Source of the DNA: Magnetococcales bacterium | Lineage (GTDB): Bacteria; Pseudomonadota; Magnetococcia; Magnetococcales; JADFYX01 | Direction: 5' to 3' | Assembly: GCA_015232405.1 (NCBI GenBank) | Contig: JADFZS010000001.1 | Location: 35,322 to 99,321, forward strand | Length of the DNA: 64,000 nt | In this document: positions 25,582 through 34,563 of the stretch, in pieces | How the letters are laid out: every line of letters begins with the position of its first letter | Position numbering within the stretch: the stretch's first letter is position 1 | Position numbers and translations under genes: made by a program | Notes under the pieces: model-generated | Database searches by the model: none | Told to the model about the DNA's origin: nothing | What the model saw: the letters and a program-made list of their open reading frames with translations, nothing else

Positions 25582-27291
25582 TTATTTTACAACTGTATTG
25601 GCAGATTTTTGCATTTTAACCAGATACTCTGGTCGGTATCTGCACCAGTTATTTTCCGGGCGAATACCACCATTTCGGGACTGATAACCCAGACACCCCA
25701 ACATTGATTCAAATATCTGCTCATGCTGCACATTTTTTTTGACCTTATGGTGTCTCTTTGCTGCTTGAAAACCCCAGGCTAATTGCGGGGTCTTTAAAAA
25801 GCTATCAGATGCCCACATGATAACAGGAATATCCCTCTGTTGGGCCGGAGCAATGTTTTTTGGGGTTCCATGGAAATGTATGCCTTCGTCTATTGATTCA
25901 CCATGATCAGATGTGTATACCAACAACGCTTTTTTATCTCGTAGTAGATCTATTATTGATCCCAAGATATGATCGGTAAATAGAATTGTATTGTCATAGG
26001 AGTTATATAACTCCTCTTTGCTACAGTTGCCATCAATACCGCTACACTCTGGCTTGAATTTGGCAAAATTACGAGGGTAGCGGCTGGAGTAGTTAAAATG
26101 TGAACCTTTCATGTGCAACATCACTATGTGACCACCTTGAGGATGCCGCTCAATTGATTTCTTGGTCTGTTCGACCAGTAGATAGTCATCAATTATAGCT
26201 ATCTTATCTCTGCTTGCTTCGGCCCCTATCTCTTCACGAATTTTATAGCTATCGGCTCCAACTGTATTGTAAAAACCAACTTCAGCCTGCATCGCAAACA
26301 GCTCTAACGAAAACCCCTGTGACTTAAGAAAGTTGAATATATGTTTTTCCTTCACAATCTGTTCAGCGTGCTCTCCTTCATACTCAACCCCACCTTGGCG
26401 AACAAACATACAGCCCAAAGATAATTTAGTGACGGTATTACAAGAGGTTCCTTTATAGGCGACGACATTTTTTTCATTTTGCAACAGTGGCGTTGTCTCT
26501 CTTTGCTGGCCAAGTATAGACATTCTATCGGAGCGTGCCGATTCTCCAACTACAAAAACTACATAGACATCATCAAGATTAACTATGGGCTTAAAATCAA
26601 AGCGTTCGGCAGGATCTAGCAATCTATTTTCTAGCTGTTTGTTTTTCATGTAGTTACTAGCTGCCATGCCGGAAGCTACCAACCAATTGGTTGGAAGGTA
26701 TGAATGAGCAGCCACACCGAAGGGATTGGCAGGTATACGCCCATCATCAAGGGGGTGTCGGTAACTTTTGTAGTGATGGTTTATTATGTTGAACCCAGCA
26801 ACTGCAATTAGAATAAAAATTATCCGCCAGAAATAACGAGTAATATAACACTGTTTTATAATTACTGGTTTTTTCAAGAAATATATTGCTGGAATGATCC
26901 CAAATATCAGACTAAACAATATGTGTTTATAACCGGTAGATTCAGCCATAAGTGATAGTTCAGTGCCAAATATTGCATGGATGATCCCATAGCCAATAAC
27001 AACATTGAAAAACCACATATAATAAGCAGCAACAGCCGAAATTATGATGATCACCGCACCAATTAATTTCATTTTTTTGCTACCAAACAGCACAGCAATA
27101 CTCAACAACGCCCAGGATGATAAAATCGTGTAGATCATATCTAACACGATAACCGACAAACCAAACTCGCTCTCAACCTGGCTTTTACGCAGTAAAACCG
27201 GAAAATTAAGAACTAAACCTATATATGTTGATAACATCAACATCCAGAACCACTCTTGGTTTCTGGAAAATGTGAAGGCTTTAATACTCAT
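25582..27291 (-). CDS. Phosphoethanolamine transferase (EptA/sulfatase-superfamily), paralogue 2
   Basis: Collinear with paralogue 1 (FSRNQEWFWMLMLSTYIGLVLN; VVGESARSDRMSILG; TSCNTVTKLSLGCMF; YDNTILFTD; SDHGES). Confidence 0.85.
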   Translation of the reverse strand: MSIKAFTFSRNQEWFWMLMLSTYIGLVLNFPVLLRKSQVESEFGLSVIVLDMIYTILSSWALLSIAVLFGSKKMKLIGAVIIIISAVAAYYMWFFNVVIGYGIIHAIFGTELSLMAESTGYKHILFSLIFGIIPAIYFLKKPVIIKQCYITRYFWRIIFILIAVAGFNIINHHYKSYRHPLDDGRIPANPFGVAAHSYLPTNWLVASGMAASNYMKNKQLENRLLDPAERFDFKPIVNLDDVYVVFVVGESARSDRMSILGQQRETTPLLQNEKNVVAYKGTSCNTVTKLSLGCMFVRQGGVEYEGEHAEQIVKEKHIFNFLKSQGFSLELFAMQAEVGFYNTVGADSYKIREEIGAEASRDKIAIIDDYLLVEQTKKSIERHPQGGHIVMLHMKGSHFNYSSRYPRNFAKFKPECSGIDGNCSKEELYNSYDNTILFTDHILGSIIDLLRDKKALLVYTSDHGESIDEGIHFHGTPKNIAPAQQRDIPVIMWASDSFLKTPQLAWGFQAAKRHHKVKKNVQHEQIFESMLGCLGYQSRNGGIRPENNWCRYRPEYLVKMQKSANTVVK

Positions 27292-27506
27292 TGAATAGTC
27301 AGCATGGTTTTTCCCCGCCCCCGAAAATTATGCTCTATCTATTTGCACCCAACCAATAACCACATCTATTGGTATCTAAACAGCTAAGTTTAGACCTGAA
27401 ATTTTATTGTTTTTTATTAGAAAAAAATTTTTGCAAGCATAAGGATATCATTGAAAAAAAAGATATTTATGCTCCTGGAATGAAATGTACCGCACCCCCA
27501 TATTAT

Positions 27507-27544
27507 AGATTAGGCAGTGGGAGTCGTTAACCACTGCCTAATCT
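27507..27544. repeat. Perfect 14-bp inverted repeat with a 10-nt loop
   Basis: AGATTAGGCAGTGG-gagtcgttaa-CCACTGCCTAATCT. It lies about 215-250 nt upstream of the paralogue-2 start, with no flanking T-run. Confidence 0.85.
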
Positions 27545-27940
27545 TTAGCCCCCCCAAATCTCTATAAACGAGGAGCAGACCGACATTATGATAGTTTTTT
27601 TTGTGTTCTACAAACAAAAAATGTCTTGTTTACAATTATCTGTTACTTATTAACAATATGATAATGTTATTGTGTTATTGATCAACTTTATCGGCTCTGT
27701 TTTCAGTGCTTGTGGTATAAAAATATTGTTATTCATATATATACCTAATGATAAATTCATTTACAAAATTATAAAAACGAAACTTACAAAGAGTAAAAAT
27801 GTTAACAAAATGTTAATGCAATGCTATAATCAATGCTGTTACAGCAACTGTTTTTTGAGCCAAAAACAACCCGTTCTTGAAAATTACCAATAAAAAATGT
27901 ACTATCATTTATAAGTCATGCAACATGTGGGTTGCTTAAA

Positions 27941-27949
27941 CCTAGAAAT
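27941..27949 (+). repeat. Solo, slightly degenerate copy of the repeat family (TTAAACCTAGAAAT)
   Basis: CTTAAACCTAGAAAT, about 70 nt upstream of the lipoprotein gene start. Confidence 0.45.
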
Positions 27950-28019
27950 ATATGTTTTTGTTCTGTCTTATAGATATATTCCAATACCATATACAGGAGA
28001 GATATTAGTGCTTGGAACA

Positions 28020-28481
28020 ATGAGATTTACTGTTACTGTTATCTTTGTGGGACTGCTGTTTGGCTGTGCTCCAACCCCCATTACTTTTAAGGCAACTGAA
28101 CTAAAAAAAATTGCAAAATATGATGCTATTGAATATCTAAATTCAGTGGCACAGGCCCGTCGTAAAAAGTTTCCTGTAACAGTGGAATCCATTGCATATG
28201 AAAAACGTACTGATTTTCGGGTGTGTCTGTTTAATGATGAGGGACATATTAAATTTTACGATCCCTACAGTTTAATTGAAACCTCCCCATACCTTAAAGT
28301 AAACATGGTTAGGGTGGTCTCTGAATCCCCTGTTATAAACGAAGAGGGAGGTTTTGTACATATCCATACCACCCAGGGAAAAGAGTATACTTGCTCATAT
28401 TTAAATACCAGAGATTTTAACATGAAAAAGGCCCGTAAAATCTTTGAGGCATTGGCTTCACTGGGGGTAAAGATAAACTAG
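28020..28481 (+). CDS. Hypothetical lipoprotein
   Basis: MRFTVTVIFVGLLFGC carries a lipobox (LLFGC). The start is ATG 28020 or GTG 28008, which lies downstream of AGGAGA. The tracked 27918 start adds an implausible extension. Confidence 0.6.
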   Translation: MRFTVTVIFVGLLFGCAPTPITFKATELKKIAKYDAIEYLNSVAQARRKKFPVTVESIAYEKRTDFRVCLFNDEGHIKFYDPYSLIETSPYLKVNMVRVVSESPVINEEGGFVHIHTTQGKEYTCSYLNTRDFNMKKARKIFEALASLGVKIN

Positions 28482-28511
28482 ATTTTCTGTTATCTGTTAT
28501 ATCCTGGTTTA

Positions 28512-28724
28512 CTATTGATCTTTTTTATCAGGTGAAGAGAGAATACGTATCAGGCGTTCTACATCGCTTTTAGTCAAAATAGTATCAAGAGATAGGGTGA
28601 CTCTGGGGAATTGTTTTTTTAACTCATTGGGTATTACTATGTGACGGCTGTTTTTCTTAAGGATATCGTCAGCTTTTTTTTGTTCCGGCTCTGATTTTTT
28701 GCTCTTGTTTTTATTCCGCACCAT
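28512..28724 (-). CDS. Hypothetical small basic protein (70 aa)
   Basis: Strong SD (AAAGGAGAG) 7 nt upstream of the ATG. The N-terminal half is Lys-rich. I recognise no family. Confidence 0.5.
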   Translation of the reverse strand: MVRNKNKSKKSEPEQKKADDILKKNSRHIVIPNELKKQFPRVTLSLDTILTKSDVERLIRILSSPDKKDQ

Positions 28725-28735
28725 AGCTGCTCTCC

Positions 28736-28925
28736 TTTAACCCTAGAAACGGCGGTTTTTTCAGCCCGGACATGAAATGCGGGTTGTTCTTATGTAACAC
28801 GCAACAAGGGGACCAACTATCATCATATCTTTTTGGTTTTTAATGCCAAGAGCAATTGGCATCTCTTTCACTCAACGGTTGACTCTGGTATTTTAACATA
28901 GATTCGGTAGTTTCTAGGTTTAACC
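28736..28925. repeat. Inverted pair of the TTAAACCTAGAAAC-type repeat (element B, about 190 bp) filling the divergent intergenic region
   Basis: The left end is TTTAACCCTAGAAACGGCGG (28736-28755). The right end is CGGTAGTTTCTAGGTTTAACC (28905-28925). Confidence 0.6.
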
Positions 28926-28927
28926 GT

Positions 28928-29986
28928 GTGAAATACTTATCTCGGATATTAAACAGGATAATGTTGCAATTTTCTCCCATTGCCAAACGTCGTTGGCGAC
29001 GATTTAGCTCCCATCGTCGTGGCATGGTATCCCTATGGATTTTTACTATTCTGTTTTTGCTCTCTCTTATGGCTGAGTTTATCTCCAACGATAAACCAAT
29101 TATGGTCTCCTATAACAGCTCCATATATTACCCTCTATTGGTCAACTATCCTGAAACTACTTTTGGTGGTGATTTTGAAACTGAGGCCGATTATAAAGAT
29201 CCCTATTTAGTAGAGATTTTGACTTCCAACGGTAACTGGATGCTCTTTCCAATTAATCCCCACAGCTATGACTCAATAAACACCGAGCTTACACACCCGG
29301 CTCCATCACCACCTGATGGAGTTAATTTTCTAGGAACCGATGATCGCGCAAGGGATGTGTTGGCCCGTTTGATCTATGGTTTTCGTCTCTCTGTGCTTTT
29401 TGCAATATCATTGACTATTATCGGAGTGGTTGTCGGTATTATTGCTGGAGCCGTACAGGGTTATTTTGGTGGCAAGACAGATCTTTTTTTCCAGCGTTTT
29501 ATCGAGATATGGGGCAGTATGCCAGAGCTTTACCTGCTGATTATCTTTGCCAGCCTTTTCAATCCCAGTGTGTTGCTGCTGCTATTGTTGTTATCTCTTT
29601 TTGGCTGGATGGGTCTTTCCGATTATGTCCGGGCGGAGTTTTTACGGGCCAGAAACATGGTTTATGTAAAGGCTGCCAGAGCTATGGGAGCCAAAGATAG
29701 GGTGATAATGTTTCGTCATCTGCTTCCCAATGCTCTCACACCTGTTATTACCTTTTTGCCCTTTCGTATATCAGGGGCAATCCTGGCTCTAACCAGTCTC
29801 GATTTTCTCGGCCTTGGTGTGCCACCATCTACCCCAAGTTTGGGGGAGCTTTTACGACAGGGTAAGTCCAATATTGATGCTTGGTGGCTCTCTTTATCGG
29901 CTTTTTTGGTCTTGGTTATCATGTTGCTGTTACTCAACTTTATTGGTGAAGCGTTGCGGGATGCCATGGACCCGCGTAAAGAGTGA
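28928..29986 (+). CDS. yejE: ABC oligopeptide/microcin-C-type importer permease, YejE-like
   Basis: Near-collinear with my recollection of E. coli YejE (RRWRRFSSHRRGMVSLWIF...NDKPI...; SPPDGVNFLGTDDRARDVLARLIYG; SLDFLGLGVPP...PSLGELLRQGK). GTG start. Confidence 0.85.
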   Translation: MKYLSRILNRIMLQFSPIAKRRWRRFSSHRRGMVSLWIFTILFLLSLMAEFISNDKPIMVSYNSSIYYPLLVNYPETTFGGDFETEADYKDPYLVEILTSNGNWMLFPINPHSYDSINTELTHPAPSPPDGVNFLGTDDRARDVLARLIYGFRLSVLFAISLTIIGVVVGIIAGAVQGYFGGKTDLFFQRFIEIWGSMPELYLLIIFASLFNPSVLLLLLLLSLFGWMGLSDYVRAEFLRARNMVYVKAARAMGAKDRVIMFRHLLPNALTPVITFLPFRISGAILALTSLDFLGLGVPPSTPSLGELLRQGKSNIDAWWLSLSAFLVLVIMLLLLNFIGEALRDAMDPRKE

Positions 29987-31614
29987 ACGCCTCGTTAAAC
30001 AGTAAACTGCTTGATGTTGAAAAGCTGGCAGTCAGCTTTCCTGGAGCAGGAGCGGAGTTTGGACAGGGGGAGCTGGTCCCAGCTGTTAACAACATCTCTT
30101 TTTCCATAAACTGTGGTGAAACCCTCGCTTTAGTGGGAGAGTCCGGCAGTGGCAAAAGTGTTGCCTCACTCTCCTTGTTGCGTCTTCTGCCATCTTCAGC
30201 AGTTGTCTCCACAAAACGCATTGAGTTCTTGGGTCGTGATCTTACAGGTTTTTCAGAGGATGAGGTTCAAGCTATCCGTGGCGATAGGGTGGCCTATATT
30301 TTCCAAGAGCCAATGACAGCCTTAAATCCTGTCTATCCAATTTTTCGCCAACTAGCAGAAAATTTTTGCCAAAAAGATAGAGAGGATTCAAAGCAACTGC
30401 ATAAGCAGGCTTGTGAGCTGCTGGAGATGACAGGTATTCAAAATCCCGAGCAACGTCTAAACAGTTTTCCCCACCAGCTATCAGGGGGGCAACGACAGCG
30501 GGTGATGATCGCCATGGCATTGGCCCGTCGTCCCGATCTTCTTATAGCAGATGAACCGACTACAGCACTTGATGTTACCATACAGGCACAAATTCTTACC
30601 CTATTGACCAAGTTGAAAGATGAACTCGGCATGGCGATGTTGTTGATTACCCATGATCTGCCAATGGTAAGAAAAGCTGCCGACAGGGTTTGTGTAATGC
30701 GAAAAGGGGAGATTGTCGAGTCAGGAGAGGTGGAGACAATCTTTAATTCTCCCCAACACACATATACCAAGACTCTCCTTGGCAGTCTTCCCGATAGCAA
30801 CTCACCCCCAAAGGTGGATAACGCTCCGGTTATTTTATCTGCCAAAAATGTGCAGTGCCATTTCCCACTTAAAAAGGGTCTTTTCAAGCGAACTGTTGGC
30901 ACGGTAAAAGCGGTTGATGGGGTAGATTTGACAATTCGTCGTGGAGAGACTTTGGGAGTGGTGGGGGAGTCAGGCAGCGGTAAAACTACACTGGGTGAGG
31001 TGATTCTACGGCTAAACCAAGGTAAGGGGGATATCTACTTTGATGGTCACCCAATTTATGAGCAGTCTCGTACCCAGATGCGCCAACTAAGACGGCGTAT
31101 TCAGGTGGTCTTTCAAGATCCATTCTCTTCTCTTTCTCCCCGTTTAACTATAGGGCAGATATTGGAAGAGGGGCTGTTGATTCATGAACTAGAATCGGAC
31201 CCGGCTGTACGTGAGGAAAAAATAATAAATTCACTCATTGAGGTCGGACTACCTGAAACCATAATGGGCCGTTATCCCCATCAATTCTCTGGTGGGCAGA
31301 GACAGCGCATAGCAATTGCCAGGGCCATGATATTAAAACCAGATCTTCTGATTTTAGACGAGCCAACAAGTGCTTTGGATCTCTCAGTTCAGGCCCAGGT
31401 GCTAAAATTGTTGCGTGAACTACAAAAAAAACATGGTTTGGCTTTTCTCTTTATCTCCCATGATCTTCGGGTGATAAGAGCGCTATCCCACGATGTAATG
31501 GTAATGTGGCAGGGGGTTGTTGTAGAAAAAGAGGAGACCGCTAAACTATTTAACTCACCACAACATCCATATACTCGCCGGCTGCTTTCGGCTGCTCTGG
31601 ATCTCTCTGCGTGA
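29983..31614 (+). CDS. yejF: ABC importer ATPase with duplicated nucleotide-binding domains, YejF-like
   Basis: Two sets of Walker A (GESGSGKS / GESGSGKT), signature (LSGGQRQR / FSGGQRQR) and Walker B (LLIADEPT / LLILDEPT). The GTG start overlaps the yejE stop (GTGA). Confidence 0.9.
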   Translation: MNASLNSKLLDVEKLAVSFPGAGAEFGQGELVPAVNNISFSINCGETLALVGESGSGKSVASLSLLRLLPSSAVVSTKRIEFLGRDLTGFSEDEVQAIRGDRVAYIFQEPMTALNPVYPIFRQLAENFCQKDREDSKQLHKQACELLEMTGIQNPEQRLNSFPHQLSGGQRQRVMIAMALARRPDLLIADEPTTALDVTIQAQILTLLTKLKDELGMAMLLITHDLPMVRKAADRVCVMRKGEIVESGEVETIFNSPQHTYTKTLLGSLPDSNSPPKVDNAPVILSAKNVQCHFPLKKGLFKRTVGTVKAVDGVDLTIRRGETLGVVGESGSGKTTLGEVILRLNQGKGDIYFDGHPIYEQSRTQMRQLRRRIQVVFQDPFSSLSPRLTIGQILEEGLLIHELESDPAVREEKIINSLIEVGLPETIMGRYPHQFSGGQRQRIAIARAMILKPDLLILDEPTSALDLSVQAQVLKLLRELQKKHGLAFLFISHDLRVIRALSHDVMVMWQGVVVEKEETAKLFNSPQHPYTRRLLSAALDLSA

Positions 31615-31673
31615 CCCATATTGCATGATGGTTGTTTTTGTTAACAATTGGAGAAAAAACAGTTTAAAATTTT

Positions 31674-32243
31674 TTAATAAAAATATATGGTTCCGGCGAT
31701 TGATATAACAAAAAGCAGTATTAAATTATAGGGATAACGGTCAGTTGCCCGTTTATTACGGCGGCTTTTCATCAATAGACCAACGCCGGACAATATTGCC
31801 ATGAGCATGGTTATGAGATAGGCATAGTTGGTCCATGTTGAGTGCCAGATAATATCAACCCATGATTCAGGAAGCTCAGTCAGGCTTATGGGGGTATGAT
31901 CTTTGGTTTTTGCCGCCTCTTTTAAAGATGCTATAGCCATTACCAAAAGGCCCCAACAAATAGTGGCTATCCATGAGACCCCCCTTAATACCAGGTCTGG
32001 TTTACCACGAAAGCCTGTTTGCCAGCTTGTTGAAAAAAAATCTTTAATGCTGTCGTGATCTTTGCCAGCAGCGATGTTTTGTAGGATCATTTTAAAGATC
32101 ACCACAAGATAAAAGACGATTATCGAGGTGAAAAAAATGCTTCCTGTCAAGCCGCTTTCCAAGTTTACCAAACCTTGATGAGCTATGGTAAACATCATAA
32201 AGCTGATAAGTATCAAGACAAAAAAGTTAACGATAATAGTCAA
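31674..32243 (-). CDS. Hypothetical integral membrane protein (about 5 TM)
   Basis: Hydrophobic helices run throughout. No family recognised. Confidence 0.55.
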   Translation of the reverse strand: MTIIVNFFVLILISFMMFTIAHQGLVNLESGLTGSIFFTSIIVFYLVVIFKMILQNIAAGKDHDSIKDFFSTSWQTGFRGKPDLVLRGVSWIATICWGLLVMAIASLKEAAKTKDHTPISLTELPESWVDIIWHSTWTNYAYLITMLMAILSGVGLLMKSRRNKRATDRYPYNLILLFVISIAGTIYFY

Positions 32244-32278
32244 ATTAATTCACCAATTGCTTCATAAGTGGAGGTAGT

Positions 32279-32578
32279 ATGTTTAGTTGGCGCGAACTGC
32301 GTTTTTTGCTCTGCACTATCGCGGTTTTCATTATTTATAAAATTGTCGGTACAGGTTGGTTGTTTAATGTTGCAGGGGTTAACGCTTTGATAAATCTATT
32401 TACCGGGCAGTATCTCTGCACAACCAAGGGTTGCTCTACGGACAAACCGGGTATTAATCTCTCCTTTTTACCATTTAAAATGACGATTTCCTCAGATCCT
32501 ATAATAATTACCCACTATATTTCCACCATATTTGGTATGTTACTGTTTTTCTATTGGGGTTTTAGGCTACTGATATAG
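32279..32578 (+). CDS. Hypothetical small membrane protein
   Basis: GGAGG lies 6 nt upstream of the ATG. There are two or three hydrophobic helices. Confidence 0.5.
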   Translation: MFSWRELRFLLCTIAVFIIYKIVGTGWLFNVAGVNALINLFTGQYLCTTKGCSTDKPGINLSFLPFKMTISSDPIIITHYISTIFGMLLFFYWGFRLLI

Positions 32579-32586
32579 CAATTGGC

Positions 32587-33855
32587 TTAGTGTTGGCCTG
32601 TTGGTCTAAGTTTTAAGATAATTTGGCCAACTTTTTTTATACGCAGTTTATGCAAGGCTTCTCCAAAGGCTTTGCCTTTATGTCCAGCCTCTTGAATGGT
32701 CCTGTTGTCTATGGCAAGGCAGCTGTTTAAACACTCTTGTAACAGCTCTCCAGCCCGGTAGGGTATGTTCATTCGCTCTGGCCCACGACCCCATTTGTCA
32801 GCTGTACAGGCCAAGATAAATTGCCTGACAATTTCTGGGTTTCTGAAACCATCGAGCTGTTTTAACAGTTTTACAATACGTTTGGGGCGCATCTGTTGAA
32901 TACGATGGCAGTGCATGTGATATTTAGCGGTTGATATTGCCAGTTTGGTATAGGATTTTGGTACTTTTAAACGTGTGCAAAAATCTGCCAACTGTTCTGC
33001 CCCGGTATCTTCATGACCATAATGGTGGGGTAGGGCGTGGCTGGGTGTAGCACCTTTTCCTATATCATGGAGCAGAGCGGCAAAACGGACCTTGGTATCA
33101 CTACTTAGTTGGGCTGCTGCATCCAGTGATAACAGTGTATGTTTCCAGGCATCTCCTTCTGGATGGTGTTCTGCTGGTTGGCTTTGTCCTGTGAGATTCT
33201 CCAGCTCATAGAACAGCTCCTTAACAGCTCCACACTCTTTTAACGTTGTAAAAAAAATGCTGGGTCTGGGGGTGGTGAGGGCTTTTTCGGTCTCCATCCA
33301 TACACGTTCAGGGGTTAGCTCTTTTAAAGCACCTGAACTGGCAATATTTTCCATCATGGTGATGGTTTCCGGGGCTATGGTAAAACCCAATGGGGCAAAC
33401 CTTGCCAAAAAACGGGCAACCCGTAACACCCGAAGGGGATCTTCCATGAAGGCATCTGAAACATGTCTTAATATACGCTGCTTTAGGTCTTTTTGACCGC
33501 CAAAGGGGTCTATTAATCTGCCCTGTTTATCCATTGCCATGGCGTTGATGGTTAAATCGCGACGGGCCAGATCTTCTTCCAAGGTTACATCGGGGCCAAA
33601 CTGCACTTTAAAGCCGTGATATCCAGGTCCGGTTTTCCGCTCTGTTCGAGCTAGAGCGTACTCCTCTTTGGATACTGGATGGATGAAGACGGGAAAATCA
33701 GCACCAACTTTTTTATAACCAAGCACAAGAAGATCATCAGGTTTTTGCCCCACAACCACCCAGTCACGATCCTGGTTATCTACCCCAAGCATAGCATCAC
33801 GAACCCAACCACCAACCTGATAGCACAAAAAGCTGGTATCTTTCACTCTGCTCAT
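32587..33855 (-). CDS. cca: Multifunctional CCA-adding tRNA nucleotidyltransferase with HD domain
   Basis: VGGWVRDAMLG...DRDWVVVG N-terminal polymerase-beta motif, RDLTINAMA, and a C-terminal HD region (LLHDIGK). Confidence 0.9.
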   Translation of the reverse strand: MSRVKDTSFLCYQVGGWVRDAMLGVDNQDRDWVVVGQKPDDLLVLGYKKVGADFPVFIHPVSKEEYALARTERKTGPGYHGFKVQFGPDVTLEEDLARRDLTINAMAMDKQGRLIDPFGGQKDLKQRILRHVSDAFMEDPLRVLRVARFLARFAPLGFTIAPETITMMENIASSGALKELTPERVWMETEKALTTPRPSIFFTTLKECGAVKELFYELENLTGQSQPAEHHPEGDAWKHTLLSLDAAAQLSSDTKVRFAALLHDIGKGATPSHALPHHYGHEDTGAEQLADFCTRLKVPKSYTKLAISTAKYHMHCHRIQQMRPKRIVKLLKQLDGFRNPEIVRQFILACTADKWGRGPERMNIPYRAGELLQECLNSCLAIDNRTIQEAGHKGKAFGEALHKLRIKKVGQIILKLRPTGQH

Positions 33856-33910
33856 GATGGTGTCCTGTTAAAACAGCAAATATATCGGCAGATTGTTGCT
33901 GTTTTACGGT

Positions 33911-34222
33911 TTATTTAAAAAGAGCCTCAGCAGCTTTTAAAGCTTCTGATTTGCTTATGTTGTTGCTGGGCTGTTTGTTTGATGAGTGGGAGCCCTGTTT
34001 ACTGGTGGTGGAGAAATAGTCACAAAAAGTGGCATTCTCCTTATCTAAAACTCGCTCTGCCTGGCTCTCCTGACACTCATTGTATGAGTGGGCATCGTAA
34101 AATCGACAGTTGTGGCAAACACGTACATCTTGTTGGCAGCCAGAGCAGACAGTGGAACGCCCAATTTCGCTTGGCAATGGTGTTTGACATCGCCAACAAA
34201 CAGCCAATTTTGCTTTGCTCAT
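33911..34222 (-). CDS. Cysteine-rich zinc-ribbon protein, function unknown
   Basis: Start at MSKAKLAVCWRCQ with AAGGA upstream. Multiple CxxC pairs (CWRC, CSGC, CHNC). Confidence 0.6.
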   Translation of the reverse strand: MSKAKLAVCWRCQTPLPSEIGRSTVCSGCQQDVRVCHNCRFYDAHSYNECQESQAERVLDKENATFCDYFSTTSKQGSHSSNKQPSNNISKSEALKAAEALFK

Positions 34223-34563
34223 TTTAATTTCCTTACAAAATAATGTCGAAATCTCTTTACCAACAGGCACTGATTTTGCTAGCCTATAACCGTAACTAAT
34301 ATATTAACACTGTTATGGACCTGATCCCAAGTGGCTAACATTATATGCCATAGCCCCGTAAGTGGGCAGACAAGTTTTTTCAAGCAAGCTATCCCTGCCA
34401 CACTACCTCTCGCCCTGATCCTGCTGCCGTTGGGGCATATATCTTAAAGAAGTAACTCATGGCTTAAGGGCCACAAAACACCATATTACAATGACTAACT
34501 AAACCAAACAAGACTATTGCAAATATGCGTCTTGGTTTTAAAGATATCCAGTAGGAGAATAAA

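Noticed and set aside
27672-27893. 73-aa ORF in the AT-rich spacer upstream of the ept genes; similar small ORFs lie at 23398-23619, 18524-18748 and 20898-21188
   Set aside because: They show low-complexity AT-driven codon content (K/I/N/F/Y-rich) and have no RBS. They overlap promoter or repeat regions, or better-supported genes, so they are likely spurious.
34271-34563. Leucine leader peptide or T-box attenuator upstream of leuA
   Set aside because: I found no Leu-rich mini-ORF, no T-box specifier or antiterminator pattern, and no terminator hairpin with a T-run in the 290-nt leader.
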